The notes: a model not told the origin generated them from the sequence alone. 64,000 nucleotides of DNA from Candidatus Latescibacterota bacterium (GCA_965222605.1 OZ244960.1:5344001-5408000), one strand, 5' to 3'; shown: positions 50,830 through 60,702, counted from the stretch's first letter. Translations and numbers: made by a program.

Positions 50830-52104
50830 CTATTCCTCTACACCAGGTACAACTGCGCCATGTGACAAAAGCAATTCGCGCAAATCGGAAATTGGGACTT
50901 CGCGAGGTGTTGTTTCCAGACGTACAGATAATGCAGCGGCAGCACCCACAGCCTGTCCCATGGCCATAGATGAAGCCTGTACTCGCAAAGCGGAATTCGC
51001 CAACCGGTCACTGCTCACACTGCGACCGGCGACCAGCAAATTGCGACTCTCTTTGGGGATAAGCGCGCGAAGAGGGACGGTGGGAACGATCCCTTTGGAT
51101 AGAGGTCTGGGTTTGATGCCATCGCGGTCGTGGAGATCGATGGGGTAAAAAGAATAGGATACGGCATCGTCAAAAAATCGTCCGCTCGTGTAATCCTCAT
51201 GGGTTATTTGCATATCACCAACAATGCGATAGGTCTCACGTACGGCTGTTTCAGCCTGGGCTTTCAAAACACAGGCGTTTTCGCACCCTGGTAGAGAACG
51301 CACAAAACGCAAAATTCGCAATAGCGACTGCCGCCCTGCTATGTTGGTTTTTGTATGCCTGTCAGAGGTTGATGCATCAGCACCCAATACATGCTGGGCA
51401 TTTTCTCCGCCTCTTTGAAGATAACTGATAAATCGCACCTGTGGATTCCTTACATCGCCATGCTGTAAACGGCCATCTTTAATGGCAGCAGAAAAATGTG
51501 TCTGAATGACATCCTCATCCAGTGCTTCAACATCATAACCACCGAGTTTAAAAATCAATGTGCCGGGTTGGGTTTCTTCTTCGCGCAAACGGGGGAAACC
51601 GATCTGTCCGACAATATTTGCACCGCCAGTACAATCAATTAACTGCTTGGCCCGTATAGTGCGGCGCATGTTTTTGCCTGTGGTTTCTACTGTCCAGCCC
51701 GTGTCCGTTTCTGAAACCCGAGTTGGTATTTCGTAGAAATGTAATTTCACACCTGCTTGCGTACAGGCTTCTTCGGCGAGTGCGGCATAGACTGGGCCAT
51801 TGATGCGAATCTGGTGCATCCAATGGCGCTCGGGGGGTACTGAAAAATCTGGCAGTTTTCTACTGTCAAGTGCCACTGCTTTTGTAACAAGTTCCCATCC
51901 GATACCCGCAATAATCTGCTTTCCCCAGGCGTGAAAAAGGCCAGGAAACGAAACCCCACCCGTTGTGGTTACTCCACCGAGTTGGCTGCCGGATTCAATC
52001 AGGGCTGTGCGAAGTCCCGTGCGCCCAGCTTGTATCGCAGCAATGGTGCCCGCTGTACCACCGCCAATGACCAGAATATCTACATTGTCTTTCATGTGCT
52101 CCAT
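50830..52104 (-). CDS. FAD-dependent oxidoreductase
   Basis: IGGGTAG, IDCTG, VRETYRIVG, LLVAGR, MAMGQAVG. Confidence 0.88.
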   Translation of the reverse strand: MEHMKDNVDILVIGGGTAGTIAAIQAGRTGLRTALIESGSQLGGVTTTGGVSFPGLFHAWGKQIIAGIGWELVTKAVALDSRKLPDFSVPPERHWMHQIRINGPVYAALAEEACTQAGVKLHFYEIPTRVSETDTGWTVETTGKNMRRTIRAKQLIDCTGGANIVGQIGFPRLREEETQPGTLIFKLGGYDVEALDEDVIQTHFSAAIKDGRLQHGDVRNPQVRFISYLQRGGENAQHVLGADASTSDRHTKTNIAGRQSLLRILRFVRSLPGCENACVLKAQAETAVRETYRIVGDMQITHEDYTSGRFFDDAVSYSFYPIDLHDRDGIKPRPLSKGIVPTVPLRALIPKESRNLLVAGRSVSSDRLANSALRVQASSMAMGQAVGAAAALSVRLETTPREVPISDLRELLLSHGAVVPGVEE

Positions 52105-52302
52105 ATTGACATTTCCTTTGCACTCAGGATATCTTCTTCTTTCCCCATACCATAAAATGATTTAGTTCTTTGTCTTTGAGAGTTAGGCTGAGTCTTGCCT
52201 TTTGAATTGGACAGGGCGAGTGGGGAGTGCGCCATTAGATGGTGACACCTGCTGGGGATAGTCAGAGTGGCAAGCTGGTGAGGTCATTCCCAAGATTAGA
52301 AA

Positions 52303-52578
52303 TCACTTCAGGTTTAACTCTAATTCTTTACCCAAAGCCTTGGCTGCTTTTCTCAGAGTAGAGAGCTTAATATCTCCAGCACGGTTTTCCAGACGAGAAA
52401 TCGCTGTTTTCTTGGTATGCATTAACTTGGCGAGTTGCTCCTGTGTTAAGCCAGCCTCCTCCCGGGCCTGACGCAGTAAAACGCCAAATTCGAATTCCTT
52501 ATATCCTTCCTCAAATCCTTCTGCAAATTCAGGATCGGTCTTTTTTCTTTTAGCAATATACTTTTCTACATCACTCAT
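52303..52578 (-). CDS. XRE-family HTH antitoxin
   Basis: RQAREEAGLTQEQLA..TAISRLE. Confidence 0.88.
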   Translation of the reverse strand: MSDVEKYIAKRKKTDPEFAEGFEEGYKEFEFGVLLRQAREEAGLTQEQLAKLMHTKKTAISRLENRAGDIKLSTLRKAAKALGKELELNLK

Positions 52579-52937
52579 GGTGTGTACTCCTTATGACGAT
52601 TTAGATAATCCCGTTTATATGTTTCGGCTCTTCTGATCTCTCGAAGATCAATTTTTCGGGTCTTCTTTGAATATCCATGGGTGAGAATAAGTCTATTTCC
52701 CTGGATGAAAAAGCCGAAAAAGCGATAAGTTCCCTTATGTGTTGGAATCCTACATTCCCAAATATTCGCTGTTCCGATCAGTTTCTTAAAGTAATTCGAC
52801 GGAACTCGGTTGATTCTTTCTATGAGTCTGAAAACCCATAAGACCTTCTGTGATTCTTTGGGTGCCAATTTACCAAGAAAGTCTTCAACTGGACATTTTT
52901 GATCCTTTGTGCGATAGAATTCAATATTTCTAAACAT
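52575..52937 (-). CDS. RelE/ParE (Gp49-like) toxin
   Basis: CPVEDFL, IWECR, LTHGYSKKT; overlaps the HTH start. Confidence 0.85.
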   Translation of the reverse strand: MFRNIEFYRTKDQKCPVEDFLGKLAPKESQKVLWVFRLIERINRVPSNYFKKLIGTANIWECRIPTHKGTYRFFGFFIQGNRLILTHGYSKKTRKIDLREIRRAETYKRDYLNRHKEYTP

Positions 52938-52988
52938 AGATAAAGATAACCTGCACGTTAACTTCTGGCAATAGAAGACTGAATTTGA

Positions 52989-53132
52989 ATTGACCAAACA
53001 GGAAAATATCTTGTAGAGCCGAAATTTGATAAAGTCTGGAGGTTTTTTAATAGCTTAAGTGCAGTGATGACAGGAGAAATCTATGGCTATATCGATACAA
53101 AAGGAAACCGCATTTGGTGGCCTGACGAGTAG
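52989..53132 (+). pseudogene. 3' stump of a WG-repeat protein
   Basis: IDQTGKYLVEPKFDKVWRF...YGYIDTKG...*; no start codon. Confidence 0.65.
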
Positions 53133-53150
53133 AACTCGTGCAGGGGTGTG

Positions 53151-54233
53151 TTAGCGACTGCTCTCTCCAACTTTGAGGCATGGTAGCATGTCTTCTGCCT
53201 TGCCTTCCAAGAATAGATCCTCTTGATGCAGAAATTCGGGTCTATTCGGCGAGATTGCTGTAATCAGAATCCTCTGGTCACGGCAATAACTGATCAAGCC
53301 ATGCTCATCTCTGCCTAAGCCAATGGCGAGGAGGTTTCTTCCTTTTTTTAACCAATCCCATCCCTTTCCGTCAGGCTCAAAATGTGTATGGCTTTTCAGG
53401 TGTACCCGCCTGGATCCGGCCCGTTCATGGAGTTTGTCATCATTCCCGGTGATGATAAGGCGGATTGTGCCGATCTCTTCGAGATGTGCCAGTGCCTTGT
53501 GGGCAGCATTCGGCTCTGCCTGAATGAACGCCGCCTGGAACTGCGCGAGTACCTGAGCCAGCCTGCGCGGTTTCTCAATCATCAGATTCGCAACTGTACC
53601 TGGAAATGGTTCATGCAGCGGGAAATGCCGTTCCAATCCTTTCTCTCCCCGAAAGCTCGGAATACCACTTCCCGTTGAGATCCCTGCACCAGTGATCGCG
53701 ATTGCAGGATTTTGAGAAAGGAGGTTGGATAATTCAGTCAGTGAGACCTTCTTCGCTTCACCAGGATTTGCCTTCTGACTCACAGGATAGTAATAGCCCC
53801 GCTCCCAAAGGGGATTATCAGAGGCTTTGGATTTTGGTCGAAACCGTTCAAAGTGAAGATCCCGGAGGTCATTTGCGTTTCCGTAGGTCAGCACAAGATG
53901 ACTATTTGTGGTCCCACGATGGGTCGCCTCGGATGTGAAATCGACCCAAAATTGTTCCCCTTCTTCATGTTTGAATTGAGACCGACGAAGTGCCTTTTTG
54001 AGTGCCGCAATCTCAGTGGGCTGTTCGTTCTCTGAATGCTTTCCGGAGCAGGCGACACATAGATCGAGAAGGTCAATCGATCCAGTTTCATCTACTCTTA
54101 GTCTCCCATAGAATCCAAATGTCCTTTCTGGGCCCGCAAAAGTCCAACCGAAGTCTGTGAAACTTCCCCAGATGGAACGGTAGCTCTGTAGTTGGGAGTG
54201 GGTGAGATCGGTTACGTGCATCGTATCTTGCAT
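53151..54233 (-). CDS. Sir2-like protein with an unknown N-terminal domain
   Basis: TGAGISTGSGIPSFRG, PNAAHKAL, ITGNDDKLHERAG. Confidence 0.75.
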   Translation of the reverse strand: MQDTMHVTDLTHSQLQSYRSIWGSFTDFGWTFAGPERTFGFYGRLRVDETGSIDLLDLCVACSGKHSENEQPTEIAALKKALRRSQFKHEEGEQFWVDFTSEATHRGTTNSHLVLTYGNANDLRDLHFERFRPKSKASDNPLWERGYYYPVSQKANPGEAKKVSLTELSNLLSQNPAIAITGAGISTGSGIPSFRGEKGLERHFPLHEPFPGTVANLMIEKPRRLAQVLAQFQAAFIQAEPNAAHKALAHLEEIGTIRLIITGNDDKLHERAGSRRVHLKSHTHFEPDGKGWDWLKKGRNLLAIGLGRDEHGLISYCRDQRILITAISPNRPEFLHQEDLFLEGKAEDMLPCLKVGESSR

Positions 54234-54303
54234 CCATATTATTGAGGATAGAGTCTGAAGCTTCCTCAATGGAAGTAGCCAGTGAATACTATCCCCTGTA
54301 TTT

Positions 54304-54816
54304 TTAACTATTCTTTCCTGCTAAATATAGTATTCGATGGACAAAGTCGGTTTTGCCTTCTGTATAACCCTTGCCAGATGGGTCTTTCCGTAATAACTCT
54401 TCTTTGAGTTTTGCATACTCATCTCTTGCTTCTTGATTAGATCGCAAAAAGTCGCAGAAAAGGATCTGACGATCCCAAAATCCTCCACGGTCAGTATAGG
54501 CAATAGATAGATGAAACTTGACAGGAATGCCCTTGGCAAAGAAGTGCCGTTCAGTACTAGACCGAGTGGGATAGAAATCGTACCCTATTTGAGCAAGGGC
54601 TTTTATGAATCCATCGGCATTTTTGTGATTTTCAATCTTAACGGCAATATCAATTATCGGTTTTGATGGCAGATTTTCAATGGATGTACTACCGATATGT
54701 TCAATCTCTATAGCTGCCGTACTGAATATCTCCCAGAGCTTACGTTTTTCGATATTAAATTCCCGCTTCCAGGTTGGCTGATATTGAGACAATTGGATTG
54801 GAGTCGAACTATTCAT
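54304..54816 (-). CDS. GrpB family protein
   Basis: IEHIGSTSI...KPIIDI, YAKLK, YTEGKTDF. Confidence 0.88.
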   Translation of the reverse strand: MNSSTPIQLSQYQPTWKREFNIEKRKLWEIFSTAAIEIEHIGSTSIENLPSKPIIDIAVKIENHKNADGFIKALAQIGYDFYPTRSSTERHFFAKGIPVKFHLSIAYTDRGGFWDRQILFCDFLRSNQEARDEYAKLKEELLRKDPSGKGYTEGKTDFVHRILYLAGKNS

Positions 54817-54884
54817 TGTTTGGTCCTGGTTGTGGTGTCCTGCCTCCACTCTCCATTTGTTTCCATAAGCATCAAAAGGATTGT

Positions 54885-55655
54885 TCAACTCTTGACCAGA
54901 ATCACGTAGGTCCTGCGGGAGACCTCTCGAAAGCCAAGTTTCGCTGCAACTCGCAATGAGGCAAAGTTGTCCTCTCCCGTGCTCCAAACGGGAACTCGTC
55001 CTTGTTCCTGAAGCCGATTCGATACTATCGAGGCGGCGGCGCTGCACAGGCCTCTTTTGCGCCAGGGTTCAAGGGTGCCAACACCAATCTCGCCGTGAAG
55101 ATCCGTGACGCCGCTTGTGTGGGCTATGGACACCAATTGACCCGCATCAATAGCTCCTGCCACAATTCCCTCTGAGAGCATCGTTTCCATATCCTCATAG
55201 CTACCACCCTGTATTTCGGCGGGTGCAGAGGCAATCAAGGACCGGTCCTGCGTGGTCAATGCACGGACATGGTCATTGGTGAATAGTTGGACTGGTCTCG
55301 TCAACGAATGATAAACATCGTCATAGTAGCGTACTTTTACTCCGTTAGAATTCTCTATCAGATCACCAAGCGGTTTGGCGCATTGTCGATTCACACCTAT
55401 ACAATCCCAACCCTCCACTAACTGAAGCAATTCCCACAGTGCTCGCGCCTCGGTCCCAAATCCCCTGGGTTCTTCTGAATCGAAGTGGCCCTGGACGATA
55501 GCTGCGCTGAAGGAGGTGGGGCTTCCCGCTACAAAGGCCTTGCACAGTTTCTTTTTTAGAAGGTGTACTGCCACCACGGTCTCAGGGGTATCACCCAGAG
55601 TATTCGCGAGTTCGGCAAAATCTGCTGGATCCAGTTGCGCTATGTTGTATGCCAT
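54885..55655 (-). CDS. GNAT acetyltransferase
   Basis: EIGVGT..WRKRGL, NFASLRVAAKLGF. Confidence 0.82.
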   Translation of the reverse strand: MAYNIAQLDPADFAELANTLGDTPETVVAVHLLKKKLCKAFVAGSPTSFSAAIVQGHFDSEEPRGFGTEARALWELLQLVEGWDCIGVNRQCAKPLGDLIENSNGVKVRYYDDVYHSLTRPVQLFTNDHVRALTTQDRSLIASAPAEIQGGSYEDMETMLSEGIVAGAIDAGQLVSIAHTSGVTDLHGEIGVGTLEPWRKRGLCSAAASIVSNRLQEQGRVPVWSTGEDNFASLRVAAKLGFREVSRRTYVILVKS

Positions 55656-55664
55656 TGAAATCAC

Positions 55665-56381
55665 TCAGGTCAGTTTTTCGACCAGATCATCGAAGTCAGA
55701 CGCGCTTACATCGAAAGTCTCAAGAGGCAGGGTAGGCTCATCAGTCGGATACACCCTCCACCAATCGTCTTCCCGATGTACGTATGCGGTTTTCAGACCT
55801 GCGTCTTTGGCGCCCTTGAGATCGTTCGCATGCGCCGCCACCATCATCACTTCATCAGGTGCGCAACCGAGGAGTTCAGCGGCCTGTTGATAAGCTCGCG
55901 TGTCTGTTTTATATCGCTCCAGGAATTCACACGATACTATACCATCCCAGCTAAGGCTATTATATTTAGAGCAATCTACTGCAATTGCGAAACTCAATAC
56001 GGTTAATATGATGACTGAATAATGATCTCGCAATTTGTGTATTGCGCTAACGGCATCTGGCCAGGTCTTCATCCTGTGCCACACCAGATTCAGGTCGTTC
56101 CTTTCCTTTGCGGAAAGATGAATGGCGTTGTGTTTCTCGAGAATATCGTCAAGTACGAGCCGATGAATCGCATCGGCGTTCATCCTTGGCAACTCACCTG
56201 TTTTCACTCGCGCCAGCATTCCAAACATACCACTGCGCCAGTTGGTGGCGAACTGGCGTACGTCAAACTTCACACCTTTTTTAGCCGATAATGCGCGGAG
56301 TTCAGCCTCAATCGTCCCTCTCCAATCAAAAACAGTACCTCCGACATCGAATGTAAGCACTTTTACACCTGGATATTTCAT
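55665..56381 (-). CDS. Haloacid dehalogenase type II
   Basis: FDVGGTVFDW, WPD, MMVAAH..DL.GA. Confidence 0.88.
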   Translation of the reverse strand: MKYPGVKVLTFDVGGTVFDWRGTIEAELRALSAKKGVKFDVRQFATNWRSGMFGMLARVKTGELPRMNADAIHRLVLDDILEKHNAIHLSAKERNDLNLVWHRMKTWPDAVSAIHKLRDHYSVIILTVLSFAIAVDCSKYNSLSWDGIVSCEFLERYKTDTRAYQQAAELLGCAPDEVMMVAAHANDLKGAKDAGLKTAYVHREDDWWRVYPTDEPTLPLETFDVSASDFDDLVEKLT

Positions 56382-56418
56382 TGTTGACTCCTTGTATTTT
56401 CTACTCGAAGGGCGTCTG

Positions 56419-57543
56419 TTATTTGCCCTTCTCTGTCTCGCCGACCGCAGGCAACACATGATCAATCGCGATCCGGAACGCCTGATTGGCCACAGATGAA
56501 CCGTAGTTGCCCCCCGTGAAGACGATGACCAGAGACAACTCTGGAATAGCGAAGATGTACTGACCGCCGTTTCCTTCGGCCGCAAGAACGTCAACCGATC
56601 GCCCGCGGTATGGGAAATGATCGAGCCACCAGCCGAAACCATATCGGTCGTTGCCGTAATGCCCCTTTGCCGACTCGCTGATCCAGGCTGCCGATACAAT
56701 CTGTCTGCCCTGAAAACGCCCGTTATCTACATAGAGTTGGCCGATCTTGGCCATGTCGCGCGGCCTGATTCGCAGGCCAGCATGCGTTTGGGGCAAGCCA
56801 CTCTTGGTGTACCACCATTCTGAGTGATCTATTCCGAGCGGAGCAAAGAGATGGTTATCTGCAAATTTGTCCGCGTGCATACCTGATGCCCGCTTAATTA
56901 CGCCAGCGAGTAAGATGAAACAACCGCTGTTGTAGTTGAATCGTGAACCTGGCTCGTCCGACAGCTCTCTGGAAAGCACATACTCTATAAAGTCGCTGGT
57001 ATTCTCCATCTGCGCTTCGGAATTGAGGGAACCTGGCTCGGAGTTATGTGTACCAGATTGATCCCAGTTGAATCCGGCGGTCATCGTCAGTAGATGCTTC
57101 AGGGTAATTCGCCCTTTCTCCTCCGTCAGGTGGCGGGCATACTCCGGAAAAAAACGAGCCATCGGCACATCCACAGAGTCGATATACCCACGATCGATGG
57201 CGATGCCGATTAGTGTAGATGTGATGCTCTTAGAAACGGACCGTGTATCATGCAGGGTTTGCTCGCCGAACTCGACCACGCCCCTTGCACCATCTGTGCC
57301 GGTGTAATACGCTTCGAACACCAGTTTGCCATTTCTGACGATCAGAAAGCCATGGATGTTCTTGTACGCCTGGCTGCGTATCTGATGCACAATCTGGACT
57401 ATCGGTTCTGAATTGATTCCCTCCGATTCAAGTGTTGATAAGGGCCAGTCATAGGATAGGGTAGATTCTGTGGTTTCTTCCGCCATTGCGACGCTGGGAA
57501 GGCAAAAGAACCATAGGAACAGGGCTATAGTTGGCTTCAACAT
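56419..57543 (-). CDS. Serine hydrolase (beta-lactamase class C-like)
   Basis: SVSK, HLLTMTAG, FNYNSG, RDMAKIG, GNGGQ. Confidence 0.88.
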   Translation of the reverse strand: MLKPTIALFLWFFCLPSVAMAEETTESTLSYDWPLSTLESEGINSEPIVQIVHQIRSQAYKNIHGFLIVRNGKLVFEAYYTGTDGARGVVEFGEQTLHDTRSVSKSITSTLIGIAIDRGYIDSVDVPMARFFPEYARHLTEEKGRITLKHLLTMTAGFNWDQSGTHNSEPGSLNSEAQMENTSDFIEYVLSRELSDEPGSRFNYNSGCFILLAGVIKRASGMHADKFADNHLFAPLGIDHSEWWYTKSGLPQTHAGLRIRPRDMAKIGQLYVDNGRFQGRQIVSAAWISESAKGHYGNDRYGFGWWLDHFPYRGRSVDVLAAEGNGGQYIFAIPELSLVIVFTGGNYGSSVANQAFRIAIDHVLPAVGETEKGK

Positions 57544-57555
57544 GTGGAATCTCTA

Positions 57556-58194
57556 CTATGTATTTTCGACTCGAAAACCACTAACGAATTCGCGAATCAC
57601 CCAAAGATGTTGATCTGGTTTATAAAGCGTTTGAATGTATCCTGTATCCCCAAAGGAAAATTCAATCCCCTGGCCACTAACCGCTGGTTGTGCACCAACT
57701 ATGCAGCGCAACGTGGCATTTAAAATACCTCCGTGTGCGACCACCAGATAGCGCCCTCCTCCCAGTCTGATCACTTTCTCCAGCGCCTGTGCGGCTCGAC
57801 TGTGAAATGCCCAGGCACTCTCCCCAGCATCTGCACTTACAACATGAGGTTGAAAGGGATTGTGAAAATCAGGCAATGGATACCTGGCTCTGGCGACCTG
57901 ATGTGGCAAACCTGCAATTGGACCATTATCCTTTTCCATCCAGTCTTCATCAAACTCGACACCTATATCCAGGATGTTACCCACAATTTGGGCTGTCTCG
58001 CAGGCACGCTTTAATGGGCTTGCTATAAGCCTGTCAAATTTGATCTCTCTCGCCTTCAGTTCCTTTGCTCGGACTTCAGCTTGTTCACGACCCACGTCTG
58101 TAAGAGGTGCATCATATCGGCCCTCAATGACATTCTCATCATCTGCTCGAGAGCGTCCGTGGCGCATGAACATAATCTTGATATCATCATTCAT
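57556..58194 (-). CDS. Histidine phosphatase family
   Basis: MRHG, SPLKRA, VVAHGG. Confidence 0.9.
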   Translation of the reverse strand: MNDDIKIMFMRHGRSRADDENVIEGRYDAPLTDVGREQAEVRAKELKAREIKFDRLIASPLKRACETAQIVGNILDIGVEFDEDWMEKDNGPIAGLPHQVARARYPLPDFHNPFQPHVVSADAGESAWAFHSRAAQALEKVIRLGGGRYLVVAHGGILNATLRCIVGAQPAVSGQGIEFSFGDTGYIQTLYKPDQHLWVIREFVSGFRVENT

Positions 58195-58328
58195 AAAATA
58201 ACTCCATCATCAATCAGAAGAGGGGGAAACTCCACCTGGTCGGCATAAAGATTCACCCACGAGCTCTCGTAGATTATCTCCCGAGATAACCGACGCGGCT
58301 TTCGCGGTTCATGGCTATCTGTAGTCAT
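58191..58328 (-). pseudogene. 5' stump of a NUDIX (ADP-ribose pyrophosphatase-like) gene fused to another gene's 3' end
   Basis: LSREIIYESSWVNLYADQVEFP, then an unrelated tail; no Nudix box. Confidence 0.55.
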
Positions 58329-58335
58329 TTCTTCC

Positions 58336-58491
58336 TCACTTTTGGGCAACTTCCTTCTGGGATAGGCCCTTGTTTCCCCGAGTCTCAAAAATCTTCAAAG
58401 AAAGTTCTGCAATTTGTCTCTCTTCTTCATAAAGTCTTCTAAATTGATCATTCTTGAGTTTTTTATTCAGGTGTTTTCTAAAGGTCCTCAT
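58336..58491 (-). pseudogene. Truncated XRE-HTH antitoxin (51 aa)
   Basis: Manual read MRTFRKHLNKKLKNDQFRRLYEEE...KGLSQKEVAQK*; ends mid-HTH. Confidence 0.65.
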
Positions 58492-58597
58492 CCATTGGCT
58501 CCTTCAACTTGTTCTCATCAAATTGTAAAGCCCACTACCATTTTGGGGCAGTGGGCGATTAGCGGCCTGCAGAACTTCTATAGTGCCTCTTTTTTAA

Positions 58598-58783
58598 CTA
58601 TACCGATGTCTTCTGAATTGAGCTTTCAAAAAAGCGAAGGCGTTCTTCCATTGATAAATCTTTGGTCTGCAAATAATGCATTTGCCGAATGAAGTGTATT
58701 TCCTGCATCATTTCATCATTTGGAAATTCCTTCCGAACATCCTCCCAAATCTTCTCCTGATCTGTCTGCGTCACTTCCTTCAT
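58598..58783 (-). CDS. Small putative antitoxin downstream of the PIN stump
   Basis: GGAGG RBS; EFPNDEMMQEIHFIR. Confidence 0.55.
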   Translation of the reverse strand: MKEVTQTDQEKIWEDVRKEFPNDEMMQEIHFIRQMHYLQTKDLSMEERLRFFESSIQKTSV

Positions 58784-58793
58784 GGATGACCTC

Positions 58794-59030
58794 CTATAAC
58801 TCCGGCGGAGCAATAATCTCTATCGGTCCATAGCCCTTCAACGCATTGATCAAATTAACCTCTCGCCGCGTGTTCACTTTTACCAGATGTGTGAAGTTCC
58901 AACTGCAAAAATACCCAATTCCATTGGTCACCGCAATAGCAACATGGTTGGCATCATCTATATACTTTTCCGGAAAAACTTCTCTTCTGACATATTCTTG
59001 AGCCAGAGCGTCATAATTTTCAGAATGGTA
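58794..59030 (-). pseudogene. 5'-truncated PIN-domain (VapC-like) toxin
   Basis: Manual read LAQEYV...DDANHVAIA...SWNFTHLVK...IEIIAPPEL*; N-terminal PIN motif absent. Confidence 0.75.
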
Positions 59031-59118
59031 GATGGGTTTTTAGAGGTTTTTCCTTGACTCTTTACTTGCTATAGAGTTTATATTTTTTTTAAAGGCACCC
59101 TTAATATACTCTTAATAT

Positions 59119-59937
59119 ATGGAGAGAGCTATGGCTGGATTAACTTTGAATACACGCATACGTGCGAAACCTGACGATAGCACGGACACATTCGAAATCG
59201 CGACAAAAACAGTAGAATGGGACCCGGCGAGAGCCGCTGTTATCATCTGTGATATGTGGGATACCCATCACTGCATTTCGACTGCTGAACGGGTCGCTGA
59301 AATGGCACCTCGCATGAATGAAGTCATAGCAGGTATTCGAAAAGAAGGTGCTCTGATCATACACGCTCCCAGCAGTTGTATGGGATTCTATGACAAGACA
59401 CCTCAACGCAAACGCGCCGAGGAAGCACCCTTTGTAGAGGCCTCGGTTGAATTCAGATGGAACGGGTGGGAGCAACCCCGTGAGATTTGTCAACTTGAGG
59501 AATCACCATTACCAGTTGGAATCACCAATCCGAGACCGTGCTCGTGCCATACTCCTGAGCCTTGCTGTAAAGAGAGTTATGCGTCCTGGGTTCGCCAAAT
59601 CGAGACGATTGAGATTGCAGAGGAGGATGCGATCAGCGACGATGGTCAGGAAGTATATAATCTGCTTCAACGCATTGAGAACATACTCGTGATGGGTGTT
59701 GCTGCGAACATCTGCGTACTCGGCCGGCCATTTGGTATTCGTCAACTCGTCTATCTGGGTAAGAAGCCGTTACTGTGTCGCGATCTGACCGACTCCCATC
59801 ACTGTGATCACGGAGGTCATTTCCAGGGCACAGATCTCACGATCGAACATATCGAAAAATACTGGTGTCCAACTGTGACAAGTGATCAGTTGGTAGGAGG
59901 CAAAGCATTCCGGTTTCGAGATGACAAGCGCGAGTAG
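59119..59937 (+). CDS. Isochorismatase/cysteine hydrolase-like protein
   Basis: AVIICDMWD, IIHAPS, MGVAANICVLGRPFG. Confidence 0.75.
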   Translation: MERAMAGLTLNTRIRAKPDDSTDTFEIATKTVEWDPARAAVIICDMWDTHHCISTAERVAEMAPRMNEVIAGIRKEGALIIHAPSSCMGFYDKTPQRKRAEEAPFVEASVEFRWNGWEQPREICQLEESPLPVGITNPRPCSCHTPEPCCKESYASWVRQIETIEIAEEDAISDDGQEVYNLLQRIENILVMGVAANICVLGRPFGIRQLVYLGKKPLLCRDLTDSHHCDHGGHFQGTDLTIEHIEKYWCPTVTSDQLVGGKAFRFRDDKRE

Positions 59938-60003
59938 CATTGATGTTTTTTGCTTGTACATAATTCATGCGTGCCATGACCACGCTATTAGCCGAAGGCC
60001 CAT

Positions 60004-60666
60004 CTACAAGCCCTCTCTTTTGACGGCAAAGAAAAATGGGTGAACTTCCTCCGGCGCATCAACACTTTTGGATCCTCCTCCTACGACACCTTCCTGTTCA
60101 ATCTGAAACCCAGTCTCAGTGAGAAACTTCTTGTAGGTTGAGGGACCAAAGTTGCTCCAGTACATGGTCCCGCCGAAGAAGTCATCTTCAGTATATCCAG
60201 GCCCATCGTCGTACCTTGCAACCGTAAACAGAAGGAGGCCGCCGGGCCGAAGCCACTGTGCAAATCGACGAAAGAGGTCCTGATGCTCTTGTCTCGGGAT
60301 ATGGAAGATGGCGTAAAAGCTGACAATTGCATTGAAGCTACATGCGGGGAATTCGGCCTCCATTACGTCGGCGATGACGAATTTGGCTGTGGGGACGTTT
60401 TTCTTAGCTAAAGCTATCATGTTGGAGGAGCTGTCGATCCCTGTGAGGCTGAACGTCTCTGCAAGATGCCGTGCGACCGGGATACCAGCACCACACCCAA
60501 CGTCAAGGACCTTTGAGCCGGGTATCAGATGCTTATTTATCAAGTTGAGTTCCGCTTCTGGCGTGGTACTCCTTTGCCCAGCGTAATCCCTCGCACACCG
60601 GTTATAGGCGGACCTTACCAGTTCCCGATAATCGGTCTCCGGATCGTCAGCGATTTTGAATGGCAT
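60004..60666 (-). CDS. Class I SAM-dependent methyltransferase
   Basis: VLDVGCGAG, YAIFHIP, WLRPGG. Confidence 0.9.
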   Translation of the reverse strand: MPFKIADDPETDYRELVRSAYNRCARDYAGQRSTTPEAELNLINKHLIPGSKVLDVGCGAGIPVARHLAETFSLTGIDSSSNMIALAKKNVPTAKFVIADVMEAEFPACSFNAIVSFYAIFHIPRQEHQDLFRRFAQWLRPGGLLLFTVARYDDGPGYTEDDFFGGTMYWSNFGPSTYKKFLTETGFQIEQEGVVGGGSKSVDAPEEVHPFFFAVKREGL

Positions 60667-60702
60667 GGGTCTCCTTTTTGTAATCTGAGTTATGTATTTC
60701 CG

